Of a stretch of DNA of 64,000 bases, positions 9,728 through 19,320 are shown piece by piece. The position numbers and the translations under genes were made by a program. The first letter of the stretch is position 1, and each line of letters begins with the position of its first letter. This stretch comes from an uncultured Holophaga sp. (GTDB lineage: Bacteria; Acidobacteriota; Holophagae; Holophagales; Holophagaceae): positions 1,504,001 through 1,568,000 of the forward strand of contig OY761614.1 of the NCBI GenBank assembly GCA_963664825.1, read 5' to 3'. The notes beneath the pieces were generated by a model that was given only the letters and a program-made list of their open reading frames with translations, had not been told where the DNA came from and made no database searches.

Positions 9728-10459
9728 ATGCGCCAACTCCACGAAATTCGTCCCTTGGTCCTTCAGACCGGTGTGCAGGTCCATGCGGATGGCTCCTGCC
9801 TCATTCGCCTGGGGAACACCCATGTGATCTGCTCGGCGAGCCTGGAGGAGAAGGTGCCGGGCTGGCTCAGGGGCGGGGGCAAGGGTTGGATCACCGCGGA
9901 ATACGGCATGCTGCCCCGCAGCACCAACACGCGCACGGATCGCGAAGCGGCCAAGGGTAAGCAGCAGGGGCGCACCGTGGAGATCCAGCGCCTCATCGGC
10001 CGGTCCCTGCGCCAGGCTGTGGATCTGAATGCCCTGGGGGAACGCATGCTGACCCTGGATTGTGATGTGCTCAATGCCGATGGCGGCACCCGCTGCGCGG
10101 CCATCACCGGTGCCTGGGTGGCCCTGGCTCTGGCCCTGCGCAAGAGTGGGCTGGACTCGGCCCTGATTCGGCAGGTGGCGGCCATCAGTGCGGGTGTTTT
10201 GGAACCCAGGATAGAAGAAGGCTGGGAGGGGCGCCGGGGGCTCATCCTCGATCTCGAATACGAGGAGGACCATCGCGCCGCCATCGACACCAATCTGGTG
10301 GCCGCCCGGGCCAAGACCGGAGAGGCACTGGAGATCGTGGAATTCCAGAGCACGGGAGAAGGCCGGAGCTTCGCGCGCACGGAAGCCGTAGACCTGATGG
10401 ATCTGGGCCTCCGGGGCTGTCAGACCCTCATGGATGCCCAACTCGAAGCCCTGGGATGA
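9728..10459 (+). CDS. rph: Ribonuclease PH
   Basis: Motifs GWITAEYGMLP, GRTVEIQRLIGRSLR and DCDVLNADGGTRCAAITG. Confidence 0.93.
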   Translation: MRQLHEIRPLVLQTGVQVHADGSCLIRLGNTHVICSASLEEKVPGWLRGGGKGWITAEYGMLPRSTNTRTDREAAKGKQQGRTVEIQRLIGRSLRQAVDLNALGERMLTLDCDVLNADGGTRCAAITGAWVALALALRKSGLDSALIRQVAAISAGVLEPRIEEGWEGRRGLILDLEYEEDHRAAIDTNLVAARAKTGEALEIVEFQSTGEGRSFARTEAVDLMDLGLRGCQTLMDAQLEALG

Positions 10460-13197
10460 GAACTCCCTCTGCCCTCTTGTGTCTGCTGCTGGGCACGGCG
10501 CTCCTGGGTCAGGAGCCCTCGACTCCTGTTGCTCAGGGGCTCGAGGTCCGGATCCTGCCTCCTGATTTCATCTTCCATTTCACGCCCCGGGTGGAAGTGC
10601 CGGGGCGGCCCAGCCTTGGACTGGTGCTGAGCGGTGGCGGTGCCCGGGGTGTGGCTCATATCGGCGTTCTCCAGCAGCTGGACGAGAAGGGCTACCCCAT
10701 CGATTCCATCGTGGGCACCAGCGCCGGGGCCTTGACGGGGGCCCTCTATGCCTGCGGTTTCTCCGGCAAGGAGATCGAGGCGCTCTTCCAGCGCATGGAT
10801 TTCGGCCGTGCCTTCCTGGACCCCCTGATGCGCGCCCCGGGGAAGACCCTGGAGGAGCAGGAAGCCGAGAACGGCACCCTGCTGGGCGTCCAGATTCAGA
10901 GGGGCCTGCCCAGTTTCGCCCTGGGCCTCAAATCGGGCCAGGAAGTCCAGCGCACCCTCGAGGGCCTGCTGGCCCGGGGGGCCTACTTCACCGGCGGCGA
11001 CTTCGATCGCCTCAAGGTGCCATTGCGGGTGCTGGCCACCAATCTGGAGACGGGCCAGGGGCGGCTCTTCCGCAAGGGGGACATGGTGGAGGTGCTGAGG
11101 GCGGCCATGGCTGTGCCCGGGGCCTTCAAACCCGTGGTCATCGAGAACCAGCAGTACGTCGATGGCGCCCTGGTGGAGAATATTCCGGTCTTCCAGTCCC
11201 GGGAGGCCTTCCACCCCCAAGTGCTCCTGGCCGTGGATGTGAGCAGTGCCCTGAAGAAGACCTACGCCACCAATTTCCTGAGCGTGGCCTCCCGCAGCCT
11301 GGATCTGGTCATCGAACAGAGGCAGCGGGAGAGCATGTCCGCCGCGAGCCTCGTGCTGCGTCCCAAGATGAAGGACGTGGGTTTCACGGACTACGCAGGC
11401 CAGCTCCCCGCACTGGTGCAGGCCGGTGCCGAGGCCTTCCAGGCCAAGGAACCGGAGCTGCGCCGTCTCCTCCTGGATCAATTCACCCAGGACGGGGAAC
11501 TGCCCGCGCAGAAGCTGGAGATCCGCCATCCCGTGCCGGTAGACCCCAGGCTCACCCGGATCATCCAGACCCTCCTGCCCGAGGGCCAGCCCTTCCGCCG
11601 ATGGAATGTGTTGGCTGTCATGCAGCAGGCCATCGTTCAGGGCTGGCTCCGGGATCTGAAGGCGGAGGTGGTGAAGGATGAAGGTGGGGAGGGTCGGCTC
11701 AGACTGGAATTCCTGCCCTTCGCCCCTGTGCGTGCCCTGGAGGTGGAGGCCCCTCCGGGGGTGCGGGAAAGGATCCTGGGCGAATTGCGCGCAGAGTTCC
11801 CCCTTGGGGAATGCTACAACCCCCAGCGTTTCGGGGCCTTCCTGGGGCATTGGGTCCATGCCTCCATCATGGGGGGCATGCCCCTGGTGGATGTGAGGGG
11901 CTCGGGTTTCGAGGAGAGCACGGGCCGGTTGCGGGTGGTGGTGCGGGAGCCCCTCCTGGGTGCCCTGACGATTAGGGGTGCCTCCCCGTCGGAATCCCGA
12001 TACCTGCAGGGCCTGATGGAGCCCCTGCTGGGCCAGCCCCTGCGCAGTGTGCAGCTTCGCCAGTACCTGGATCTGGCAGAGGAGAGGCTGCGCCTGGCCG
12101 AACTGAGCTATCAGCTGAGGCCGCGCAGTCCCGAGGCGGGCGCCGAACTGATGCTCAGCCCCGTCCATGACCAGCCCCAATCCCTGGATTTAAGTCTGGG
12201 CTGGGAATCGACCCTAGGGGGCCAGACGGGCCTGAGATACCGCACGCTGAACTTGGGTGTGCCCGGATGGGAGATGGTGATGGAGGGTGCCCGGAATCGT
12301 CTCCAGAAGGGGGCTTCCCTGGCTCTGGCGGGGCCCTTCCAGAGTCTTCCGGGCGCGGGGTTGGAGCTGAAGGCTGCGGTCTTCGAACAGCGTCTGGGCG
12401 TGCCCCTGCTCTTCGGAGCCCCGGAGGCTCCCGTGGAGAGCCAGGATATGCGCATCAGCAGCACGGATGGCAGCTTCGGTGCCTTCGTCCGCTTCGGCAA
12501 TCTGGGTCAGGGCCGGGTCACCCTCATGGGGGATTACCGGAAGGCCGAGTTCACCCTCGGGGGTGAACGGGGGGAGCACCGGGAGCGCAGCATCGAAGTG
12601 GCCTCGGAATGGGACAATTTCGATCGCCATACTTTCCCTCGGGAGGGCCTGCTCCTGAGGGGCTTCTATTGCGCCGGCGAGACGCTCTCCGGTCTCGATC
12701 CCCAGGGAAGCTTTCGGATGGCCTACCTGCGGGCCCGGGGCCTCACCTCCCTGGGGCCGGCCCGTTCCGAGCGGCTGCTGGGCATGGATCTGGACCTGGA
12801 ATGGGGGTACGGCCAGAACCTGCCCCTGGATCGTTGGTGGACTCTGGGGGGGCCCTCCTTCCTGGTGGGCTCCAAATCCCTGGGCTTCCTGTCCCCCAAT
12901 TTCCTCGTGGGCCGTTTCGGGTTGCCCCTGCGCATGGACGGGCCCTACGGCCTCTCCCTCCAGGTTATTCCCCGCTTCGATTACGGCGTGATCGGAATGG
13001 AATCCCGGGATTTGTTCCGGGGCTTCCGGGGTCAGGGGATGGGCCTCCTGGTGCGGACCATGGCGGCCAAGTTCTACGTGGAACTTTCCTACGGATTCCT
13101 CAAATTTTACGATCCGGTCCTGGGATGGAGACCGACCACGGGCAGCTTCAACGCCCTCATCGGCACCCAGCCCTTCGATCTCTGGAAGCGGAGATAG
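10456..13197 (+). CDS. Patatin-like phospholipase with probable C-terminal POTRA/Omp85-type barrel (PlpD/type Vd-like)
   Basis: Signal peptide; GGGARG oxyanion motif, GTSAG nucleophile and DGA motif; C-terminal DNFDRHTFPREG followed by beta-strand-like segments. Confidence 0.8.
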   Translation: MRTPSALLCLLLGTALLGQEPSTPVAQGLEVRILPPDFIFHFTPRVEVPGRPSLGLVLSGGGARGVAHIGVLQQLDEKGYPIDSIVGTSAGALTGALYACGFSGKEIEALFQRMDFGRAFLDPLMRAPGKTLEEQEAENGTLLGVQIQRGLPSFALGLKSGQEVQRTLEGLLARGAYFTGGDFDRLKVPLRVLATNLETGQGRLFRKGDMVEVLRAAMAVPGAFKPVVIENQQYVDGALVENIPVFQSREAFHPQVLLAVDVSSALKKTYATNFLSVASRSLDLVIEQRQRESMSAASLVLRPKMKDVGFTDYAGQLPALVQAGAEAFQAKEPELRRLLLDQFTQDGELPAQKLEIRHPVPVDPRLTRIIQTLLPEGQPFRRWNVLAVMQQAIVQGWLRDLKAEVVKDEGGEGRLRLEFLPFAPVRALEVEAPPGVRERILGELRAEFPLGECYNPQRFGAFLGHWVHASIMGGMPLVDVRGSGFEESTGRLRVVVREPLLGALTIRGASPSESRYLQGLMEPLLGQPLRSVQLRQYLDLAEERLRLAELSYQLRPRSPEAGAELMLSPVHDQPQSLDLSLGWESTLGGQTGLRYRTLNLGVPGWEMVMEGARNRLQKGASLALAGPFQSLPGAGLELKAAVFEQRLGVPLLFGAPEAPVESQDMRISSTDGSFGAFVRFGNLGQGRVTLMGDYRKAEFTLGGERGEHRERSIEVASEWDNFDRHTFPREGLLLRGFYCAGETLSGLDPQGSFRMAYLRARGLTSLGPARSERLLGMDLDLEWGYGQNLPLDRWWTLGGPSFLVGSKSLGFLSPNFLVGRFGLPLRMDGPYGLSLQVIPRFDYGVIGMESRDLFRGFRGQGMGLLVRTMAAKFYVELSYGFLKFYDPVLGWRPTTGSFNALIGTQPFDLWKRR

Positions 13198-13333
13198 ATC
13201 TTCATGGGGCTTTCTGCCCGGCGTTCTCGCCAGGTGGTGTCTAATCGGATCGCGGGGGACTCAACCTCCGGCTCGGCTCCTGCGTATGTCTGGATATCGC
13301 TCATCTCCCATGAGCCCATTTTCAGGAGCCGCC

Positions 13334-13963
13334 ATGCCCCTTTCTAGAACCCTGTATTTCCTGCCCGCGTTCCTTGCCTGCACGGCCCTCTGTGCTCAGG
13401 ACCCCGCGCCCAAGGCTCCCGAGGCGAGCGAGAAGTGCGCGGAAGGCCAGAAGGACAAAGGCTGTCCGTTCTTCCATCGGCATCATCACTCCGTGTTCGG
13501 TGCCTACGTCCAGGTCATTTCTCCCCTGCGGGAACTGAAGACGTCCTTGGACGATCGCACGGGTTTCGGCCTGGGCCTCCAGTGGACCCACGAGCACGGC
13601 GATTGGAACGCCAGCCGCACGCGCCTGGAATGGAACACCTTCCCCGAGGGTGGGGCCGTGGGGCCCCTGGGCACCAAGACCTACGCCAAGAACTACACCT
13701 TCAGCTTGGATCATCTCTTCAAGCTGAATCAGGGTACCTCTCAGGTCTACCTGGTGGCGGGGCTGGGCGGAGCCCGCTGGTGCCTGGAACAGACCACGGC
13801 CACAGCGAAGACTTCGGAATGGACCACGAAATTGGCCCTCACGGGCGGAGTCGGCGTGCAGATCGCCGAGCGAGTGAACCTGGAGGCGCGCTATGTGGCA
13901 AGCAGCGTGGGCAGGACCTTCGATGCCAATTCCGTCCAGGCCAGCCTGGGATGGCGCTTCTGA
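13334..13963 (+). CDS. Small outer-membrane beta-barrel protein
   Basis: Signal peptide, alternating strand pattern, YLVAGLG, and a C-terminal LGWRF (BAM signal); SD AGGAG. Confidence 0.75.
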   Translation: MPLSRTLYFLPAFLACTALCAQDPAPKAPEASEKCAEGQKDKGCPFFHRHHHSVFGAYVQVISPLRELKTSLDDRTGFGLGLQWTHEHGDWNASRTRLEWNTFPEGGAVGPLGTKTYAKNYTFSLDHLFKLNQGTSQVYLVAGLGGARWCLEQTTATAKTSEWTTKLALTGGVGVQIAERVNLEARYVASSVGRTFDANSVQASLGWRF

Positions 13964-14026
13964 TTCCAAGCTGCTGTTGGTCGCTGGGGCACGATTCCGG
14001 GTTTCAACGAATGACGACGAATGGGT

Positions 14027-14641
14027 ATGATTCCGGAGGCATCCGTGGCTGCTGACATTCTTGGGATGATCGAGGCGCTGAAGTCTTTCTATGACTTCAC
14101 GGGCAAGACGGTTCTCTTGGTGGGCGCCGGCGGCGGCCAACTCCTGGAGGGCGTGGCTCAGGCCCAGAAGTTGATCGCCATCGATCGGGACGCCGATGCG
14201 CTGCGGGCCATGATGGCCGTGGCCAGGAGTAAGGGCATGGAGGAGCTGGTGGAGCCCCTCCATGCACCTTGGAACCAGGTCGACGTGAGGGGGGATGTCG
14301 TCTACTTCGAGTTCTGCCTCCACGAGATGCCTGACCCTGGGCAGGCGCTCTTCCATGCCCGGGAACTGGCCCCCGACGTACTCGTCTTCGATCACCTGCC
14401 GGATTCCGAATGGGCGCGATGTGCCGGGGAAGCCGATCTGGTGCGCCGCAGTACGGAGGCCCTCTCCCTATGCCGCGTCAAGCGCGGCTCTGCCTAGCGC
14501 GGGGAGCAGCGTTTCGCTGACTATGCCGAACTCTGGGGCAGGCTCTCCCGGGATCCCCGAACCCGGGAGGCCGATATCGCGGCCTACCGCGGCCGTCGGG
14601 ATATCACTATCCCCATGAGTTGTGGCCTGACGCTGCTCTGA
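14027..14641 (+). pseudogene. Class I SAM-dependent methyltransferase interrupted by an in-frame TAG at 14495-14497
   Basis: Motifs VLLVGAGGG, IAIDRD and FCLHEMPDP. After the TAG the frame stays open for 47 codons (RGEQRFADYAEL...DITIPMSCGLTLL) to TGA at 14639-14641, filling the gap to ribB. Confidence 0.65.
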
Positions 14642-14647
14642 TGCTCC

Positions 14648-15265
14648 TCAGGGCCTGGGCTGGAGAGCCTGGGCCTCCGCCAGATCCTGGACGGAGATGA
14701 AGGGGAGGCCGCGGCTCTCCGCGAAGGCTTCCAGGCTGTGCCCCCGCATCATGGTGCCATCGGGGTTCATGAGTTCGCAGAGTACGGCCACCGGGCGCAG
14801 GCCCGCCATGCGGGCGAGTTCCACGGAGCCTTCCGTGTGGCCGCGGCGGCCCAGGAGGCCTTCGGGGTGGGCGCGCAGGGGGAAGACATGGCCCGGTCGG
14901 GCGAGATCCTGGGCCGAGGCTCCGGGCCGGATGGCGGCGCGGATGGTGACCACCCGGTCATGGGCGGAAACGCCCGTGGTGACGCCTTCCTTGGCCTCGA
15001 TGGAGACGGTGAAGGCGGTTTTGTTCTTGCTTTCGTTGTGCTCCACCATCTGGGGGAGGTCCAGCCTCCGGGCCAGCTCGTCCTCCATGCAGAGACAGAC
15101 GATGCCGCTGCACTCCCGGATCATCAGGGCCATGATCTCCTCGCTGAGCTTTTCGGCCGCGATGATCAGGTCCCCTTCGTTTTCACGGTCCGCATCGTCC
15201 TGGAGCACGACGGCCCTTCCCTCCTGGAAGGCGCGGATGGCTTCATTCACACGGTCTACACGCAT
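14648..15265 (-). CDS. ribB: 3,4-dihydroxy-2-butanone-4-phosphate synthase (stand-alone)
   Basis: Motifs [39 protein letters not shown] and GHTEGS. Confidence 0.95.
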   Translation of the reverse strand: MRVDRVNEAIRAFQEGRAVVLQDDADRENEGDLIIAAEKLSEEIMALMIRECSGIVCLCMEDELARRLDLPQMVEHNESKNKTAFTVSIEAKEGVTTGVSAHDRVVTIRAAIRPGASAQDLARPGHVFPLRAHPEGLLGRRGHTEGSVELARMAGLRPVAVLCELMNPDGTMMRGHSLEAFAESRGLPFISVQDLAEAQALQPRP

Positions 15266-15274
15266 GCAGTGCTC

Positions 15275-15417
15275 CTTCTCTCGTCCGGACTCTCACCGTC
15301 GGCTCCGGAATTGGACCGGATCTGCTGGCCCCACCTTGGCGGGCGCTCGCGGGCTCGATGGATCCAGGGGACCTCACCCTACCGCCGGTGGGGATTTTCA
15401 CCCCGCCCCGAAGAAAT
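15275..15417 (-). ncRNA. FMN riboswitch (RFN element)
   Basis: Minus strand reads TTCTTCGGGGCGGGGTGAAAATCCCCACCGGCGGT...AGCCCGCGAGCG...AGCAGATCCGGTCCAATTCCGGAGCCGACGGTGAGAGTCCGGACGAGAGAAG, matching the RFN consensus directly upstream of ribB. Its 3' end overlaps the SD (AAGGAG). Confidence 0.95.
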
Positions 15418-15477
15418 TGGTTCATTGCGGCGATCGCAACACAGCCATTATGGCACATCCCCAATGGGGATCCAGGA

Positions 15478-16944
15478 TCAGAGCCCGTACTCGGTCCATC
15501 GCTTCGAGACGCGCTCCAGGATGGCCTCGGGAAAGACCAGATCCCTGGGCCATGGACGGGTGAATCCATCGAAGGGCTTGTTCTTGCGCGTGGCGTCGAG
15601 GCCCACCTTGCTGCCGAAGGCGAAGCGGTCGGAGCTGTGATCCAGGGCGTCCAGGGGACCCTCGGTGAAGAGCATATCCCGGCGGGGATCGACATTGGAT
15701 GTCACCCGGAAGAGCACCTCCTGGAGGTCGTGGGGGTCGATATCCTCGTCCACGATGACGATGGCCTTGGTGAACATCATCTGGCCCGTGCCCCAGACGG
15801 CGTTCATCACCTTCTGGGGCTGTCCCGGATATTCCTTCTTCAGGGAGAGGATGACGAGATTGTGGAAGGCGCCTGCCGCGGGCAGGTGCATGTCCCGGAT
15901 TTCAGGCAGCACCAGGCGCAGCAGGGGCAGGAAGATCCGCTCCGTGGCCAGTCCCAGGAAGGCGTCCTCCTGGGGAGGGCGGCCCACGAGGGTGGCGGGC
16001 AGGACCGGGTTCTTGCGGTGGGTGATGGCCTCCACGTGCAGCACGGGATATTCGTCTGCCAGGGAGTAGTAGCCCGTGTGATCCCCGAAGGGGCCCTCTC
16101 GGCGCAGCTCTGCAGGATCCACCCAGCCCTCGATGACGATCTCGGAATCGGCGGGCACCTCCAGATCGTTGGTCACGCACTTCACCATCTCCACGCCTTC
16201 GCCCCGCAGGAAACCCGCGAACATCACCTCGGAGAGGAAGGGCGGCAGGGGGGCCGTGGCGGCGTAGAGCAGAGCGGGATCGGCCCCGAAGGCCACGGCC
16301 ACCGGCATGGGCTCTCCAGGCCCGTAGCCGTGACGGACCCGGGTGCCATCGTGGTGGAGCTGGGTGTGGAAGCCGAGGGTATGGTCATCGTGGACCTGGA
16401 GGCGGTAGAGGCCCATGTTCCTCCGGCCATCCTTGTAGCGCAGATGGCTCATGCCCATGGTGAGGAAGGGGCCGCCGTCCTCGGGCCAGGTGGTGAGCAC
16501 GGGCAACGCGGAGAGTTTGGCCGCTTGGCCCTTCAGGACGACCTCCTGGCAGAGCCCCTTGCGCAGGGTCTTCGGCATCCAGGCCGAGACCTCGGCCAAC
16601 ATGGGGAGTTTGGCCAGTTTGTCCAGGAATCCGCTGCCGGGTTTGGGCATGGCTTCCGCGATGAGCTTCTCGATGCGATCCCCGATGGCGTCCAGGCCCC
16701 GGGGCTCCCCGTCCACCCCCAGGGCCATCTCCAGGCGCTTCCGACTGCCGAAGGCGTTCATGGCGACGGGGATCCCATGGCCCTTGGGCCTCTCGAAGAG
16801 GAGGGCGGGGCCCCCCAGGGGCAGGCTGCTGACCCGGTCGGCGATGGCGCCCATCTCCAGAAAGGGATCCACCTCGGCGCTCACGCGCTTCAGCTCTCCG
16901 GCGGCTTCGAGCTGCTTCAGGAAGGTCTGGAAATCGCGCCCCAT
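15478..16944 (-). CDS. ubiD: UbiD-family (menaquinone biosynthesis) decarboxylase
   Basis: Motifs GPALLFE, NMGLYR, EGPFGDHTGYY and GPLDALDH. Confidence 0.9.
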   Translation of the reverse strand: MGRDFQTFLKQLEAAGELKRVSAEVDPFLEMGAIADRVSSLPLGGPALLFERPKGHGIPVAMNAFGSRKRLEMALGVDGEPRGLDAIGDRIEKLIAEAMPKPGSGFLDKLAKLPMLAEVSAWMPKTLRKGLCQEVVLKGQAAKLSALPVLTTWPEDGGPFLTMGMSHLRYKDGRRNMGLYRLQVHDDHTLGFHTQLHHDGTRVRHGYGPGEPMPVAVAFGADPALLYAATAPLPPFLSEVMFAGFLRGEGVEMVKCVTNDLEVPADSEIVIEGWVDPAELRREGPFGDHTGYYSLADEYPVLHVEAITHRKNPVLPATLVGRPPQEDAFLGLATERIFLPLLRLVLPEIRDMHLPAAGAFHNLVILSLKKEYPGQPQKVMNAVWGTGQMMFTKAIVIVDEDIDPHDLQEVLFRVTSNVDPRRDMLFTEGPLDALDHSSDRFAFGSKVGLDATRKNKPFDGFTRPWPRDLVFPEAILERVSKRWTEYGL

Positions 16945-17013
16945 GGTGGTCCCCCGCCCTGATCCTAACCGGTTGCCGTGCAGGGGGGCCGTGGGGTGGG
17001 GTAGGCTTGTCCC

Positions 17014-17310
17014 ATGGCTCCGCGCCCCCTCCGCTCCTTCGCCTGGGATGTCCTCTGCAGGACCCTGCGCTTCTTCTACCTGCTCTGGGGCGGGATGCTC
17101 CTGGTTTCGATGGCGGCCACCAATCGCATCCGGATCCCGGGGTTCTTGTGGGCCTGGCCCCGGGGGGCCCAGTGTCTCACCAACCCCTGGGGCCGGGGCC
17201 TGCTCTTCGGCATCGCCGTGGTGATGGGCCTGGCGGCCCTGCTGGAGGTGTGGGAACTGGTGGACCAACTCCTGGTGCGCTTCCTCCATGAGCACGAGCG
17301 GGAACGCTGA
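17014..17310 (+). CDS. Small membrane protein of unknown function (two hydrophobic segments)
   Basis: 98-aa ORF filling the gap; TAGGCT-N6-ATG suggests a leaderless start. Confidence 0.6.
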   Translation: MAPRPLRSFAWDVLCRTLRFFYLLWGGMLLVSMAATNRIRIPGFLWAWPRGAQCLTNPWGRGLLFGIAVVMGLAALLEVWELVDQLLVRFLHEHERER

Positions 17311-17382
17311 GGTTTTGCCCCCCTGGGTGCCTCGGGGCATTTTCGGGAGGGTAGTTCGGCTCCGACGGCTTAACCTGGAGGG

Positions 17383-18615
17383 ATGAAAGCCTTCGAAGCC
17401 TTCGTCGCCGAGCGTTACCTGAAGACCCGGAAGAAGGGTGCCTTCGTGCGCACGCTTACCCGCTACGCCCGCTGGGGCATCGGCCTGGGGGTCTTCGTGC
17501 TGGTGGTGGTGCAGGCCCTCATGAACGGCTTCCGGGAGGAGATCCAGGCCAATCTCTTCTCGGCCACTGGCCACTTCACGGTGAGCTACTTTAGGGGGGA
17601 TCTGCCCAATACCCCCAAGGCCTTGACCACCATTCGGTCCACACCGGGGGTCGTGGGGGCCAGCCCCATGCGCATGGAGCGGGGATTACTGAAATCCGAC
17701 CGGGGTGGGTCCCCCGCCGAAGGCGTCATGGTGAAGGCCATCGATCCCGCCACGGCCCACGGCACCTCCAGCATCTTCGATAGTCTCAAGCCCATCGGGG
17801 TGGAAAGGCTCCAGGAGGGGGAACTCCTCGTGGGCCGGGAACTGGCCAAGAACCTGGGCCTGCGCCTGGGGGATAATGTCGGCATCACCTTCATGCGGGT
17901 GGACCTGGGGCTCTCGGGTATCCAGCCCCGGATGATGGGCTTCCGGGTGGCGGGCATCTTCGAGAGCCACATTAGTGAATACGATCAGCGATGGGTCTTT
18001 ATCCACCTGGAGGATGCCAAGCGCATGGCCCAGACCGACCAGGCGGAATTCATCGAAGTGCGCGCCTCCAGCGTCGACGCCATCGATACGGTGAAGCCCG
18101 CGGCCCTCAATGCCCTCAATGGCGACACCAAGGGCTACATGGCTTCGGATCTGCGGGACGCCAATCGCTCCCTCTTCTCGGCCCTGAAGTTCCAGAAGTT
18201 CCTCTTCGCCATCATCCTGGCCTTCATTGTGATACTCGCGGCCTTCAATATCGTGGCCATCCTGGTGCTGTTCATCGCCGAGAAGAGGCGGGACCTGGGT
18301 GTGCTGCTGGCCCTGGGTGCCACGCCCCGCCAGATCCAGCGCATCTTCGAACTCCAGGGCGTGCGCATCTGCGCGGTGGGTACGGCCTGGGGCATGGGCC
18401 TGGCGGTGCCCGCCTGCTGGATCGCCGACCACTGGAAACTCATCCCGCTGCCGCCGGCCCTCTATGACTTCCTCACCTACGTGCCCTTCAAACTCTCGAT
18501 CTTCGACTTGGCGTTGGTGGCGATCTTTCCCCTGCTGGTGGCCTGGGCGGCCTCCCGCTACCCCGCCCGCCGCGCCGCGGAAGTCAATCCCGTGGACGCC
18601 CTGAGGGCGGAATGA
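17383..18615 (+). CDS. lolE: LolC/LolE-family lipoprotein-releasing ABC permease
   Basis: FVAERYL, ALMNGF, EKRRDLGVLLALGAT and YPARRAAEVNPVDALR. Confidence 0.85.
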   Translation: MKAFEAFVAERYLKTRKKGAFVRTLTRYARWGIGLGVFVLVVVQALMNGFREEIQANLFSATGHFTVSYFRGDLPNTPKALTTIRSTPGVVGASPMRMERGLLKSDRGGSPAEGVMVKAIDPATAHGTSSIFDSLKPIGVERLQEGELLVGRELAKNLGLRLGDNVGITFMRVDLGLSGIQPRMMGFRVAGIFESHISEYDQRWVFIHLEDAKRMAQTDQAEFIEVRASSVDAIDTVKPAALNALNGDTKGYMASDLRDANRSLFSALKFQKFLFAIILAFIVILAAFNIVAILVLFIAEKRRDLGVLLALGATPRQIQRIFELQGVRICAVGTAWGMGLAVPACWIADHWKLIPLPPALYDFLTYVPFKLSIFDLALVAIFPLLVAWAASRYPARRAAEVNPVDALRAE

Positions 18616-18622
18616 AAATACC

Positions 18623-18714
18623 GAACGCGAAGAGCGCTAAGGGAGCGAAGCACGCGAAGGTGTTTTGGGAACCTGCCCTTCGCGCTCTTTGCCTTGTTCG
18701 CGCCCTTCGCGTTC
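18623..18714. repeat. Intergenic imperfect palindrome built from 9-nt units (REP-like)
   Basis: Left arm AACGCGAAG-AGCGCTAAG-GGAGCGAAG-CACGCGAAG; right arm CTTCGCGCT-CTTTGCCTT-GTTCGCGCC-CTTCGCGTT. Confidence 0.75.
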
Positions 18715-18732
18715 CTTCTTGGTGAGTCGACC

Positions 18733-19320
18733 ATGGCCCTTCCCATTGAACCCCTGAAGCATCCCTACCTCTTCGTGGACACGGAGACCGGGGGACTCGA
18801 TCCGGCGCGCCATAGCCTGCTCTCCATCGGGCTCGTCCTGGGCGACGAGGGCGTGGTGCGCCACAGCCTGGAGCTCTTCCTCAAGCACGACACCTACGTG
18901 GTGGACGACGGCGGGATGAAGGTGAACCGCATCGATCTGGCCAAGCATCACGAGGAGTCCATGGAGGGTGGGACGCTGATGGCCGTGCTGGATGTCTTCC
19001 TGGACCAGTTCTTTCCCTGTAAGAGGGAGCCCATCTTCCTGGTGGGCCATAACGTGGCCTTCGACCGGGAATTCCTCCAGGCCTTCTGGAAAACCCAGGG
19101 GCGCGCCTTCGAACCCCGGTTCAGTCATCGCCTCATCGATACCCATAGCCTCGCCGCCGGGCTCCGGGATGCGGGCAGGCTGCCCGTGGAGAGCCTCAGT
19201 TCCACGGCCCTCTTCGCCCACTTCGGCATTCTGGTGCCCGAGGAACAGCGGCATACGGCCCTGGGCGATGCCCTGGCCACCTTCGAGCTGTACTGGAAAC
19301 TGGTGGAGCTGGCGCGATGA
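18733..19320 (+). CDS. DEDDh 3'-5' exonuclease (DnaQ-like)
   Basis: ExoI DTETGG, ExoII GHNVAFD, ExoIII HTALGDA. Confidence 0.9.
   Translation: MALPIEPLKHPYLFVDTETGGLDPARHSLLSIGLVLGDEGVVRHSLELFLKHDTYVVDDGGMKVNRIDLAKHHEESMEGGTLMAVLDVFLDQFFPCKREPIFLVGHNVAFDREFLQAFWKTQGRAFEPRFSHRLIDTHSLAAGLRDAGRLPVESLSSTALFAHFGILVPEEQRHTALGDALATFELYWKLVELAR

Noticed and set aside
14495..14497. Genome-wide TAG recoding
   Set aside because: TAG ends conserved genes at their expected C-termini (rpiB, murB, ftsZ, GGGtGRT).
16945..17574. N-terminal extension of UbiD in the ORF track
   Set aside because: It overlaps two plus-strand genes, and family similarity begins at MGRDF (16944).
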